The position numbers and the translations under genes were made by a program. The notes under the pieces were generated by a model. The model worked only from the letters and a program-made list of their open reading frames with translations. It had not been told where the DNA came from and ran no database searches. From NCBI GenBank assembly GCA_043807255.1, contig JAZDGD010000010.1:1-53302 (forward strand): a stretch of DNA of 53,302 bases, in the 5' to 3' direction. Below are positions 45,209 to 53,302 of this stretch, in pieces (position 1 is the first letter of the stretch; each line of letters opens with the position of its first letter). Source of the stretch: Patescibacteria group bacterium. Lineage in GTDB: Bacteria; Patescibacteriota; Minisyncoccia; RBG-13-40-8-A.

Positions 45209-45229
45209 TTACGAGGCTAAGCCTCGTAA
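45209..45229. repeat. TTACGAGGCTAAGCCTCGTAA palindrome 20 nt upstream of the obg start
   Basis: Perfect 10-bp stem. Same family as 23454-76 and 38595-38620. Confidence 0.9.
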
Positions 45230-45567
45230 GATTGCCATGCCACGACCTCGCAAGTCGTAATATTAATCTAAATTAAACTGTTTTTTCATCGCAACAAGTA
45301 CAACAAGGTTTTTTCCTACTAAAACCAAAAATGTATATGATTTTTGGGAAGTGCCATATATTCGCATTAAAAAATTGTTCCACCCCGTACTAGATTTTCG
45401 ACATATTTATGATAGTTCTGTCGAAAACTTATTAATGCTTATTATTTATAATTATCTATTATTCGTTTTATTGACCCCGATTGCGGTCCAATGTTCATCG
45501 GACCAGTCGAAAATTCAGTACCAGGGTTCCATACGTTAATCTTACCACGCCGCTAGTGTGTTCACAA

Positions 45568-45638
45568 GCAGGCGGGCAGGTTCCCTTTTTATTGTAATTT
45601 ACAATGTTTTGTGTTATCTTTAAATTAGGCCCGCCTGC
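45568..45638. repeat. 10-bp GC inverted repeat GCAGGCGGGC/GCCCGCCTGC enclosing 51 nt with an inner ATTGTAA-T-TTACAAT palindrome
   Basis: Arms at 45568-77 and 45629-38, immediately upstream of the SD of the 42-aa ORF. Confidence 0.8.
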
Positions 45639-45670
45639 ATCAAGATTGCGACGAGGCAAAGGAGGATGAG

Positions 45671-45799
45671 ATGAATCAAAAACCGTGCGATTGTGACTAC
45701 GAGATGGAGGAAGAAAAGTTATCGTTGTTGGCAGTTCTTTTGTGCACCGCCATTAGCGTCGTGATCTTTTTTCAAAACATTTTCAAGCGTTCCAAATGA
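45671..45799 (+). CDS. 42-aa single-TM peptide (MNQKPCDCDYEMEEEKLSLLAVLLCTAISVVIFFQNIFKRSK)
   Basis: SD AAAGGAGG lies 5 nt before the ATG. Stop TGA at 45797-99 runs directly into a terminator. The ORF overlaps the rsgA 3' end antisense by 28 nt and is below the ORF-track cutoff. Confidence 0.55.
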   Translation: MNQKPCDCDYEMEEEKLSLLAVLLCTAISVVIFFQNIFKRSK

Positions 45800-46905
45800 G
45801 AGCCACGGGGCTCTTTTTTCATTGTTTTTTTGGCTGTTTTAAGGAATTTTCCAAAATTACGATCTTTCTCCTTCTTTTCAAAATCAGACATTTCCTTAAA
45901 CTCGGCCTCTTTTTTTAAACTAACATAATTGCGATATTTTGCTTCGTCTATTTTACCAGATTTTAATGCAATCAATACTTCGCAATTGGGTTCGTGAACG
46001 TGTGTGCAATCGGCATACTTGCATTTTCTGCCAAGTTCGGTTATTTCATCAAACAAACTATCAATGCCTGCGCTAGCATCCGTCATTCCCACTTCCCGCA
46101 TTCCTGGATTGTCTATCACAATGCCTCCACTTTTCAAGAAATACATTTCTCGACTCGTAGTAATATGTTTGCCTCGGTTGCTGTAATCACTTATATCGCC
46201 AACTTTTATAGCATTTTCTTCAAGTAATTTATTGATTAAAGAAGATTTACCAACTCCCGACGAACCAAGAAAACAATAAGTTTTTCCCCTTAAAATGCAC
46301 GCTTTTAGCTCGGCTAACCCTTTATCGTTTATTGTGCTAGTCGAAATAATATCAACATCCTTAAATCTGTTTTTTATCTCAATTAATTTTGCATCCAATT
46401 CTTCTTTAGAAATTAAATCTATTTTATTTAATATAATTGCCGAATCTACGCCTCCGTCTTTGGCAATTGCGAAATATCTTTCAAAGCGATTTAAGTTGTA
46501 ATCTCTATCGATTGACTCAACCATAAATGCTACATCAATATTTGCTCCAATAACCTGCGTTCCGGTTTTTTCGCCAATTTTATTTTTATCGCCATATTTC
46601 CTTTTAATTATTGTTTTTCTCGGAAGTATTCCATGAATTACGGCTCGTTCGACATCGAGTTCGGTAATTGCTACCCAATCCCCCACGGCAGGATAATCTT
46701 CTCTTGAAGAAGCAATAAACATTTGCTTTCCGGTTATTTTTGCCAAAAATTCACCATTTTGATTTACCACTCTATATGCTCCCCTGTGTTCAGCAACAAC
46801 CCTTGCAATTGAAAAATTATCTAAACCTAATTTTTCTCGGTTAGATTCAAAAAAATCATTGTAGCCAAAATCTTCAATTTCCAGTTTTTTAATTTTGTTA
46901 TTCAT
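45772..46905 (-). CDS. rsgA: Ribosome small-subunit-dependent GTPase A
   Basis: OB fold, circularly permuted G domain (NKIDL...GSSGVGKSSLIN), zinc knuckle CKYADCTHVHEPNC, and a long basic C-terminal tail. Confidence 0.9.
   Translation of the reverse strand: MNNKIKKLEIEDFGYNDFFESNREKLGLDNFSIARVVAEHRGAYRVVNQNGEFLAKITGKQMFIASSREDYPAVGDWVAITELDVERAVIHGILPRKTIIKRKYGDKNKIGEKTGTQVIGANIDVAFMVESIDRDYNLNRFERYFAIAKDGGVDSAIILNKIDLISKEELDAKLIEIKNRFKDVDIISTSTINDKGLAELKACILRGKTYCFLGSSGVGKSSLINKLLEENAIKVGDISDYSNRGKHITTSREMYFLKSGGIVIDNPGMREVGMTDASAGIDSLFDEITELGRKCKYADCTHVHEPNCEVLIALKSGKIDEAKYRNYVSLKKEAEFKEMSDFEKKEKDRNFGKFLKTAKKTMKKEPRGSHLERLKMF
45799..45819 (+). terminator. Terminator of the 42-aa ORF, lying antisense inside rsgA
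   Basis: AGAGCC-ACGG-GGCTCT is followed by TTTTT on the plus strand. Confidence 0.65.
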
Positions 46906-48107
46906 TGTAAATATTTCTCAAATAAATTAAGCCAGTCCAACATTAATCGAGTAATTAAAAAATGTTTTTTAACATACTCTTTTCCGTTTTCTCCCATTTT
47001 TTTTCTTAGTTTATCGTTTTTTAAAAGTTTTACTATACTTTTAGCGAATCCATCAATATCATTCGGTTCGTGCAAAAACCCATTTTTTCCATGAATTATT
47101 TGTAAAGGAATTCCTCCAACGTTAGAGGCAACCACCGGCGTTCCTTTGTACAGCGCCTCCGAAATAGTTAAGCCAAATCCCTCTCTTAGGGATCTCTGAA
47201 TAATTACTGCCGACTTTCTTTGTAAACAATTAACCACCAAATCATTAGAACTTACATTTACTAAAATTTTAATATCTTTACGATTACCGAACTTTTTTAT
47301 TGTTTCAGCATAAACATTAATGCCTTCAGGATCATCAGTCGCCATATTCCCCAACAATACAAGCTGACAATCAACTTCTTTTTTTACTTTATCAAAAATT
47401 TCAATAACTCCTTCGGGGTCCTTCCATATATCATATCTAGAAATTTGAGCAATAATGGGTTTTTTAAAATCTATTCCATTTTTAGCTAAATATTTTTCAA
47501 TGGTTTTTTTCTGAACATAACAATTCTTTTGGGACAATGGATCTATAGCGGGATAAATTACGGTTTGAGAAATAGATAAATTCTTTTTGTATTCTTCAGC
47601 AGACACCACCAATTCATCGTATTTTTCAATAAAATTCTTTAGATAGTTCCAAATCACTGGATTGGAATTTGATAAATCAATATGACATCTGAAAATCCAT
47701 GGTTGTTTTTTCTTATAAAAATCAATCAAAGGCAAAGGTTGAGGATCGTGGACCACAACCAAGTCATGATCTAGATGATTAAACATCGCAAATCTTCTAT
47801 TTGTTTCACGATATATTGTCTTTTTGTTTTTAGATAAATGAATATCGGATCCTTGTAGTGCATTATGAAATTTTTTGGTAATTGCAAAAAAATCAGGAGT
47901 GCCGTGTATAATTCTCCAGCCAAATTTGATACCAATTTCATTAAATAAAAAAATGATACTATTAAGTATTTCGGCCACTCCCCCTCCTTGATAAGTAGAG
48001 CTAATACAGACAATGCGTTTATTTAAAAATTTTTTTGCCTTTTTATGGATTTCTTCTACGGTCTTCGCTCCAATAATCTTTTTATATTTTTCCAAACCTT
48101 TTTTCAT
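46902..48107 (-). CDS. treT: Trehalose glycosyltransferring synthase-like GT4 (TreT type)
   Basis: STYQGGGVAEIL and FFAITKKFHNALQG N-terminal signatures of TreT, plus a GT-B C-terminal EGFGLTISEAL. Confidence 0.7.
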   Translation of the reverse strand: MKKGLEKYKKIIGAKTVEEIHKKAKKFLNKRIVCISSTYQGGGVAEILNSIIFLFNEIGIKFGWRIIHGTPDFFAITKKFHNALQGSDIHLSKNKKTIYRETNRRFAMFNHLDHDLVVVHDPQPLPLIDFYKKKQPWIFRCHIDLSNSNPVIWNYLKNFIEKYDELVVSAEEYKKNLSISQTVIYPAIDPLSQKNCYVQKKTIEKYLAKNGIDFKKPIIAQISRYDIWKDPEGVIEIFDKVKKEVDCQLVLLGNMATDDPEGINVYAETIKKFGNRKDIKILVNVSSNDLVVNCLQRKSAVIIQRSLREGFGLTISEALYKGTPVVASNVGGIPLQIIHGKNGFLHEPNDIDGFAKSIVKLLKNDKLRKKMGENGKEYVKKHFLITRLMLDWLNLFEKYLQ

Positions 48108-50755
48108 TTTGAATAATTACTTAATTTTAATGGTTTAGCACAAAAAATTCTCTTTTTAAAAAATTCAATCAATATAATTTCTATTAAACTGATACCGAAT
48201 ATAATCAACCAGTCTGTTAATACTAATGGTTGGGTGGTCAAAAGTTTCTGTAGCATTGGAAGATACACGGCTCCGACAAGCAAAATGGCCGATATGACTA
48301 CTGCCCCAACTAAATAATGATTAGAAAATATATCTTTTCTGAAAATCGTTTTCTTAAATGAACGAACACTAAAAGCAAAAATCAAAGAATCAACACACAT
48401 AAGAGCAAAAACTATCGTCCGCGTCTTGTTTAAATCTCCTGTTGATTTCCAAAGAAAGGAAAACGAAAGAAATGCTGCCAAGCCAGTAATAAAGAAAATG
48501 GCAGTCATCCAAAGTTTTAATGGCTTATTTAATATCGGCTCTTTGGGATTTCTTGGTTTCTCGTCCATTACTCCTTTGGTCTCCTGTTCAGTGGTAAGGG
48601 CAATGTCGGGAAGACCGTCCTCAACAAGGTTTATCCAAAGAATCTGAGCTGCCAATAACGGAAGCGGAAATCCCATTGCCATGCCCCCTAAAAACAAAAA
48701 GAGTTCGGAAAAATCGTCCGCCACCAAATACACAAATACTTTCCGAATGTTTCCAAAAATCACTCTGCCCTGCTCAATCGCTTTAACTATTGTTTTGAAA
48801 TTGTCATCCAGTAATACTAAATCAGCCACTTCTTTTGCCACATCTGTGCCGGAACCCACAGCGACCCCAATGTCAGCGGATTTGAGGGCTGGGGCGTCAT
48901 TAACGCCATCACCAAGCATTGCCACCACCTCTCCGTTAGATTGCAGCGCATAAACAATTCTTAATTTATGACGAGGTGAGACACGAGCGTAAATAGAAAT
49001 ATGTTTTGCTTTTTCTTTTAATTCGTCATCGCTTATTATCTCTAATTCTTTGCCCTCAATTATGTTTTCATCTTTTGCTTCAATTCCAATTTCTTCGGCA
49101 ATAGCTTTGGCGGTAAGTTTGTGGTCTCCCGTGACGATGACTGTGCGAATACCCGCCTTTTTGGTGATAGCAATTGATTCCTTGGCGTCTTGACGAAGCG
49201 GATCTTTAAGGGCAATAAAACCGACAAGCGAAAGCCCCTCCACTAATTCCATAAGGTTTTGATATTTTGTTTCAGCATTATAATCTTTATGGGCACAAGC
49301 AAGAACTCGTAATCCTTTTTGTGTAAGCGTTTCCAGTTTTGCTATTAATTTATTTGCTTCCGCCGTGCCCAATTTTTCTTTTTCACCATCAACATCCATG
49401 TTAATAGAACGAGCAATAATTTCTTCTGGCGCGCCAAGAACATAAAGCATGTTTTTGTTTTCATTTTTACGGTGAAATGTTGCAGCAAATTTGTAATCTG
49501 ATTCGAAACTAATTCTGTCCAACACGGGATATTGTTTCTCCAACTCCTTTTTGTTCAAACCCGACTGCATTCCCGCCAGAAGTAACGCCTGTTCAGTTGG
49601 CCTGCCTCGCACTACCCATTTTTGCAATTCCGCTTCTGGATTTTCCACAAAAGCATCATTTGCCAAAATAGCTATTTTCAACGCCGAGATATGCGACTCA
49701 ACGCCATTGGCCTTTTCGCCCTTGGCAAGTCCGTTAATATTGTCGTTCATCAATTCTCTTGTGTTTGTTAAAATATGACTTACTTGCATTTTCCCTTCAG
49801 TAAGGGTGCCTGTTTTGTCAGTACAAATAACAGTTACGCTTCCCAATGTTTCTGTTGCAGAAAGTTTTCTCACTAAACCATTCTGTTTGAAAATGCGTCG
49901 CATTCCAAAGACAAGTATAATCGTAATAGCGGGAAGCAATCCTTCGGGTATTGCTGAAACTGCAAGAGCCAATGAGGTAACAAAAATATCGGCAAAAGAT
50001 TTTTCTGTAAAGCAGCCAATAATAACGATGGCAAATACAATAAAGAGGATGAATGCCCCCGTAATTCTTGAAAGTGAGGCAATTTTTTTCTGAAGCGGGG
50101 TTTTGCGTTCCTTGGTTTCCTTAAGAAGCGACACAATTTCACCAATTTGCGTATTGATTCCAATGGCGACAATCACTATTGTTGCTCGTCCTTCATCCAC
50201 AATCGTGCCCATAAAAGCCATATTTACTCTTTCGGAAAGCGGAGTTGATTCAGGAAGAATGTCAATAATTTTTTTTTCAACTGCTTGTGATTCTCCCGTA
50301 AGGCTTGCTTCGTTTATCTTTAATCCCTTTGATTCAATAATACGTCCATCGGCTGGCACCTTATCTCCTGATCTCAAAAATACCATATCTCCTACGACCA
50401 ACTCCTCGCTATCTATCTCTTTTTCGTAACCATCTCTCAAAACCTTCGTCCTGATTTTTACCATTTTTTTTAAGGCAAGAAGTGATTTATTGGCTTTATT
50501 TTCTTGATAAAAACCAACCGTGGTGTTAATGAATAACACGATAATAATGAAAATAGAATCCGAGTAATGCCCCAATAGAAAAGAAATTACAACAGTCGCA
50601 ATTAAAATATACATTAAGGAACTGTTGAATTGACTCAAAAACAGCCGTATTTTTGAATACGGTTTTTCTTGTGGGAGAATGTTTAGTCCATCTTTTTTAC
50701 CCGCCACCTCATTAAAAACTTTTTCTAATGGAATCGCGTGCCAATTTTTTCTCAT
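48104..50755 (-). CDS. P2-type cation (Ca2+/Mg2+-like) transporting ATPase
   Basis: TGES, IPEGLLPA, DKTGTLT, TGDH and GDGVNDAPAL. Confidence 0.9.
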   Translation of the reverse strand: MRKNWHAIPLEKVFNEVAGKKDGLNILPQEKPYSKIRLFLSQFNSSLMYILIATVVISFLLGHYSDSIFIIIVLFINTTVGFYQENKANKSLLALKKMVKIRTKVLRDGYEKEIDSEELVVGDMVFLRSGDKVPADGRIIESKGLKINEASLTGESQAVEKKIIDILPESTPLSERVNMAFMGTIVDEGRATIVIVAIGINTQIGEIVSLLKETKERKTPLQKKIASLSRITGAFILFIVFAIVIIGCFTEKSFADIFVTSLALAVSAIPEGLLPAITIILVFGMRRIFKQNGLVRKLSATETLGSVTVICTDKTGTLTEGKMQVSHILTNTRELMNDNINGLAKGEKANGVESHISALKIAILANDAFVENPEAELQKWVVRGRPTEQALLLAGMQSGLNKKELEKQYPVLDRISFESDYKFAATFHRKNENKNMLYVLGAPEEIIARSINMDVDGEKEKLGTAEANKLIAKLETLTQKGLRVLACAHKDYNAETKYQNLMELVEGLSLVGFIALKDPLRQDAKESIAITKKAGIRTVIVTGDHKLTAKAIAEEIGIEAKDENIIEGKELEIISDDELKEKAKHISIYARVSPRHKLRIVYALQSNGEVVAMLGDGVNDAPALKSADIGVAVGSGTDVAKEVADLVLLDDNFKTIVKAIEQGRVIFGNIRKVFVYLVADDFSELFLFLGGMAMGFPLPLLAAQILWINLVEDGLPDIALTTEQETKGVMDEKPRNPKEPILNKPLKLWMTAIFFITGLAAFLSFSFLWKSTGDLNKTRTIVFALMCVDSLIFAFSVRSFKKTIFRKDIFSNHYLVGAVVISAILLVGAVYLPMLQKLLTTQPLVLTDWLIIFGISLIEIILIEFFKKRIFCAKPLKLSNYSK

Positions 50756-50779
50756 GTATTAATTCTACCATAAACCCCG

Positions 50780-51952
50780 TCAATTAACATGATTTTTGAA
50801 CCTATCTTCGTGCTTTGCTACGGCAATAGAACTGTATAATGTCATAAGTTCGCGAGCAATGACATCGCTGGAGAACATAATGGCCGTCTTCGATGCTTCG
50901 ACAGAAAGTCGCTCACGTAACAACGTATCCCGAAGCAATTGTTCCACTCTTTCGAGTGCCTCTGCTTGCGACGAAACAAGAAAGCCGTTCTCTCCATTGC
51001 GAATAATCTCTGGAGCTACGCCAACGGGATATATAACCGGAACGAGTCCCTGGGACATTCCCTCAATGAGACTAAGAGAAAAACCTTCATATCGTGATGG
51101 AATAAATAGAATGCTTCCTCGGAATGGCTGAAGATAGGAAGGCAATCGATCCTTTGGAAGGTTTGCCCACATAGCATGATTAGGAATCTTGGAACGCATC
51201 CACGTAGCAAGTTTTTTGTTTTGTGTTATTGAGAATGTCAGTTTTGGCACATCGGGAAAATGTTGATAAAGATGAATTAATCGGTCCAGACCTTTCAGCT
51301 TGAGCGTAAACGCATCACTACCAAGACGACCAAGAAACACGATGCGAGGATTATCTGTCATTGGCCCTGGGGTTGCCGTAAACCAATAATCTTCAATAGC
51401 ATTATGGATGAGATGAATGTTCGCCGGCTCAACTCCCGTATCAATCAATTCCTCCCGCACCTTTTTCGAGGTAGCAATAACCGCAGTCGCATGAGAAGCT
51501 ACGTACTCTTCAATCTCTGCAATGTCCCGTAAGGGACGGCGCGTCTTTAAGTCAAGCTCCTGAATAACGCCCTGCCTTTTCAATCGGTACCATATCTTTC
51601 TCGTTTCATTTTCTAAGTCCTTCGCCTTCGGAGTTGCCTTAAGAAATCCTCGAGTTGTAGAACCGAAATGGCTCACTACGGGGACTGGATATGCCAAAAA
51701 TGGCAGTGGAGTATAGGTGGTGCCATGGATTATTTGGTATTTTAATATCTCCTTCCGGCGTTCAAGAAGAGAGTAGAAAAAAAGAATACTCTTTAGCCCA
51801 CCCAAATGGACAGGAATATCAACAAGAGAAGTGCGCGGATAAAAGTTTTTAACTTCCACGCATTGCTCTCGTAGTTTCGATGCCATAAGGTCGTTAATGT
51901 AATGCGCACCGGTGCCAAGTTTTTTGTCATTATGTATAAAAGCAACTTTCAT
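50780..51952 (-). CDS. Glycosyltransferase family 4, compositionally distinct (GC-richer)
   Basis: IPSRYEGFSLSLIEGMSQGLVPV signature. The start is taken at ATG 51952 (MKVAFIHND). Confidence 0.8.
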   Translation of the reverse strand: MKVAFIHNDKKLGTGAHYINDLMASKLREQCVEVKNFYPRTSLVDIPVHLGGLKSILFFYSLLERRKEILKYQIIHGTTYTPLPFLAYPVPVVSHFGSTTRGFLKATPKAKDLENETRKIWYRLKRQGVIQELDLKTRRPLRDIAEIEEYVASHATAVIATSKKVREELIDTGVEPANIHLIHNAIEDYWFTATPGPMTDNPRIVFLGRLGSDAFTLKLKGLDRLIHLYQHFPDVPKLTFSITQNKKLATWMRSKIPNHAMWANLPKDRLPSYLQPFRGSILFIPSRYEGFSLSLIEGMSQGLVPVIYPVGVAPEIIRNGENGFLVSSQAEALERVEQLLRDTLLRERLSVEASKTAIMFSSDVIARELMTLYSSIAVAKHEDRFKNHVN

Positions 51953-52046
51953 TTTTGAAAAATTTTTAGAAATTATAGCGACCCGTATCAATCACTTATA
52001 TTTTAGCACAAATTAAACAAACTTTCTAAATTTAACTCCAAATAAT

Positions 52047-52072
52047 ACAAAAATCGGGGCAAAATACCCCGA
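52047..52072 (-). terminator. Terminator ending the transcript of the 2-TM hypothetical gene
   Basis: On the minus strand, UCGGGG-UAUUUUG-CCCCGA is followed by UUUUUGU. It lies 155 nt downstream of the stop. Confidence 0.7.
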
Positions 52073-52115
52073 CTTAAATCCCGTGCTCCCAACTCGGGTT
52101 CAAGACCTATATTCA

Positions 52116-52227
52116 GGGTGTAAATTTAGTGTCTCATTGGACAGAGATGGGTCGCTTGAGGGCAATCAAAATGGAGCTAAATGAGACAAATGAGACAGTG
52201 CTTGGGGCTAATTTTGAGTGTCTCGTT
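52116..52227. repeat. Repeat cluster built on a GAGACA core in the 3' untranslated stretch
   Basis: Roughly 23-nt direct repeats GGGTGTAAATTTAGTGTCTCATT (52116-38) and GGGGCTAATTTTGAGTGTCTCGTT (52204-27) flank two inverted ATGAGACA copies (52181-88 and 52190-97). Confidence 0.75.
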
Positions 52228-53054
52228 TAGGGCTCGTAATACCAACTATTATCTTCTGGGTTATAAACGTAGGTTTGTGGCAATTTTTCCTCAACGGGTT
52301 TATTAAGCTCATCATGTATTTTACAGTTGATTTCTATTTTAATTCTTTTGCCTTGTCTGGCGGCATTTTTTATCTCTTCAGAGAACCCTAATCCCGGTGC
52401 CTGAATACCAGAATACGCGTTAAGTCTCCATGCCTTTAATCCATTATAGTAATCGCTCGTTGATTCTTCTTCAAGGTTATCGGTAATAAACTTAATTTTC
52501 ACGTAAGCAAGGTATTTTATCGGATCATAATTAAAAATCCGAAACCAAACTTTAAACTCTTTTAAAAAATTAAACTCTACCGAATTTGGTAAAACAGATG
52601 TAATTTTACAGGCAACTAATGCAATGTTATTTATCTTTTCCGATTTCTTTTCTAAGCTCTGTTTTATGGTCTGTTCTTTTGTTGCTACGCCATCAACTTC
52701 TTCTATCGCCGTGATTCTAACTTCTTCTGGCTTAATCGTGAATGGTTCGGGACCGATGAGCAATTTTAATCCTATTTTCTCCCTTTCAATTGAAAGCTTT
52801 TTTAGCTCACAATTTTTTTCTAAAATTTCGTCGGTTATTCTTTGATTTCTATACCATTTCCCCCCAGCACATATCATAATAAGAATACTTAAGACAAAAA
52901 TTAAAATACACAAAATTATAAAAAGTAATTGATAATTTGATATTAAATCATTTGTAATAGAAATTCCTAATCCTATACTGATCACAAATAAAATAATCCC
53001 TAAAGACATTAGAAATTTATAAAAATCATCATAAACCAATTTAGGAAACTCCAT
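52227..53054 (-). CDS. Hypothetical protein with an N-terminal TM hairpin, coiled-coil linker and unknown C-terminal domain
   Basis: 275-aa ORF with hydrophobic segments at about residues 15-37 and 43-65. I recognise no family. Confidence 0.55.
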   Translation of the reverse strand: MEFPKLVYDDFYKFLMSLGIILFVISIGLGISITNDLISNYQLLFIILCILIFVLSILIMICAGGKWYRNQRITDEILEKNCELKKLSIEREKIGLKLLIGPEPFTIKPEEVRITAIEEVDGVATKEQTIKQSLEKKSEKINNIALVACKITSVLPNSVEFNFLKEFKVWFRIFNYDPIKYLAYVKIKFITDNLEEESTSDYYNGLKAWRLNAYSGIQAPGLGFSEEIKNAARQGKRIKIEINCKIHDELNKPVEEKLPQTYVYNPEDNSWYYEP

Positions 53055-53120
53055 ATAATCGTTATATTAACACAAAATAAAATTTAATACAGCAGTTTGA
53101 ACTTTAAAAATATATTATCT

Positions 53121-53302
53121 CTATTTCAAATATTTCTCAATATTTGCTTTGTGTTCCCCGTAGGTCTTGGCACAGTGGATTTGTTTATTGTTGTCGTGGA
53201 GATAAAATAGGCATTCTGTTCCCGTCGGGTTTAAAACCGCATCTATGGCATTGATTCCTGGATTACAAATCGGGTGTGGCGGAAGTCCAGCATAAAAATA
53301 TG
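53121..53302 (-). CDS. mltG: Endolytic murein transglycosylase MltG/YceG, C-terminal fragment (5' end outside the window)
   Basis: Translation ...YFYAGLPPHPICNPGINAIDAVLNPTGTECLFYLHDNNKQIHCAKTYGEHKANIEKYLK* matches the conserved YceG C-terminus (LPPxPIxNPG...H.F..T..EH). Confidence 0.8.
   Translation of the reverse strand, partial: YFYAGLPPHPICNPGINAIDAVLNPTGTECLFYLHDNNKQIHCAKTYGEHKANIEKYLK

Noticed and set aside
45351-45539. 62-aa plus-strand ORF in the obg-rsgA spacer.
   Set aside because: It has no SD, an AT-driven Ile/Leu/Tyr-rich composition, and is crossed by multiple hairpins. It is treated as non-coding.
52093-52107. tRNA or tRNA fragment (GGTTCAAGACC T-loop-like string).
   Set aside because: The T-stem does not close (TCGGG versus CCTAT) and there is no acceptor, D or anticodon arm. 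At most it is a degenerate remnant, and it is mentioned only as such.
1-53302. Alternative genetic code (UGA recoding, as in some candidate phyla).
   Set aside because: TGA terminates many conserved genes at the expected length. It also takes part in ATGA stop/start overlaps (for example 17140-17143 and 31512-31515), so the standard bacterial code fits.

Overview
Visibly AT-rich, gene-dense segment with almost every gene on the minus strand. Many stop/start overlaps (ATGA type) show that TGA is a stop, so the standard code applies. Gene content suggests a reduced-genome bacterium of the Patescibacteria/CPR type; this is inference from a GAD-less AspRS, an archaeal-type ProRS, short PrmC and Obg, and an archaeal-type TreT. 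From left to right the window holds: a truncated IS30 transposase; a dcw fragment (dac, mraY, a D-aminoacylase, ftsW, murG); aspS and greA; mreBCD-mrdA; proS, rseP, frr and holB; two GT4 glycosyltransferases and a second mreB; a PEGA protein; a GC-rich lipoprotein islet; a GlcD-like FAD/FeS oxidase; a PAP2 phosphatase and a copper ATPase module; ndk, prmC and rlmE; DUF2207, an ATP-grasp ligase and DedA; tkt and a TDH-like SDR; rlmN, ychF and rarA; an ECF sigma pair; a flavoprotein; a DEAD-box helicase and csp; obg and rsgA; treT, a P2-type ATPase and a GC-richer GT4; a 2-TM hypothetical protein; and the mltG 3' end. I found no rRNA, tRNA or CRISPR array. Five things the gene list does not explain: (1) short GC-rich perfect or near-perfect palindromes, often as tandem hairpins, sit in frame inside at least 8 conserved housekeeping genes, and one shares an identical 14-mer with an intergenic copy. 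(2) A 13-nt palindromic core, GAGGYTWARCCTC, occurs at least 8 times, always at gene boundaries. Two of these sites are double-hairpin modules, each ending 11 nt upstream of a start codon. (3) Three GC-rich micro-islands carry their own SD sites and terminators (one also a promoter) and encode small proteins. One is a 42-aa TM peptide convergent with, and overlapping, the rsgA 3' end. (4) A 19-bp perfect inverted repeat encloses 126 nt. (5) An N-acyl-D-amino-acid deacylase occupies the murD slot of the dcw cluster.
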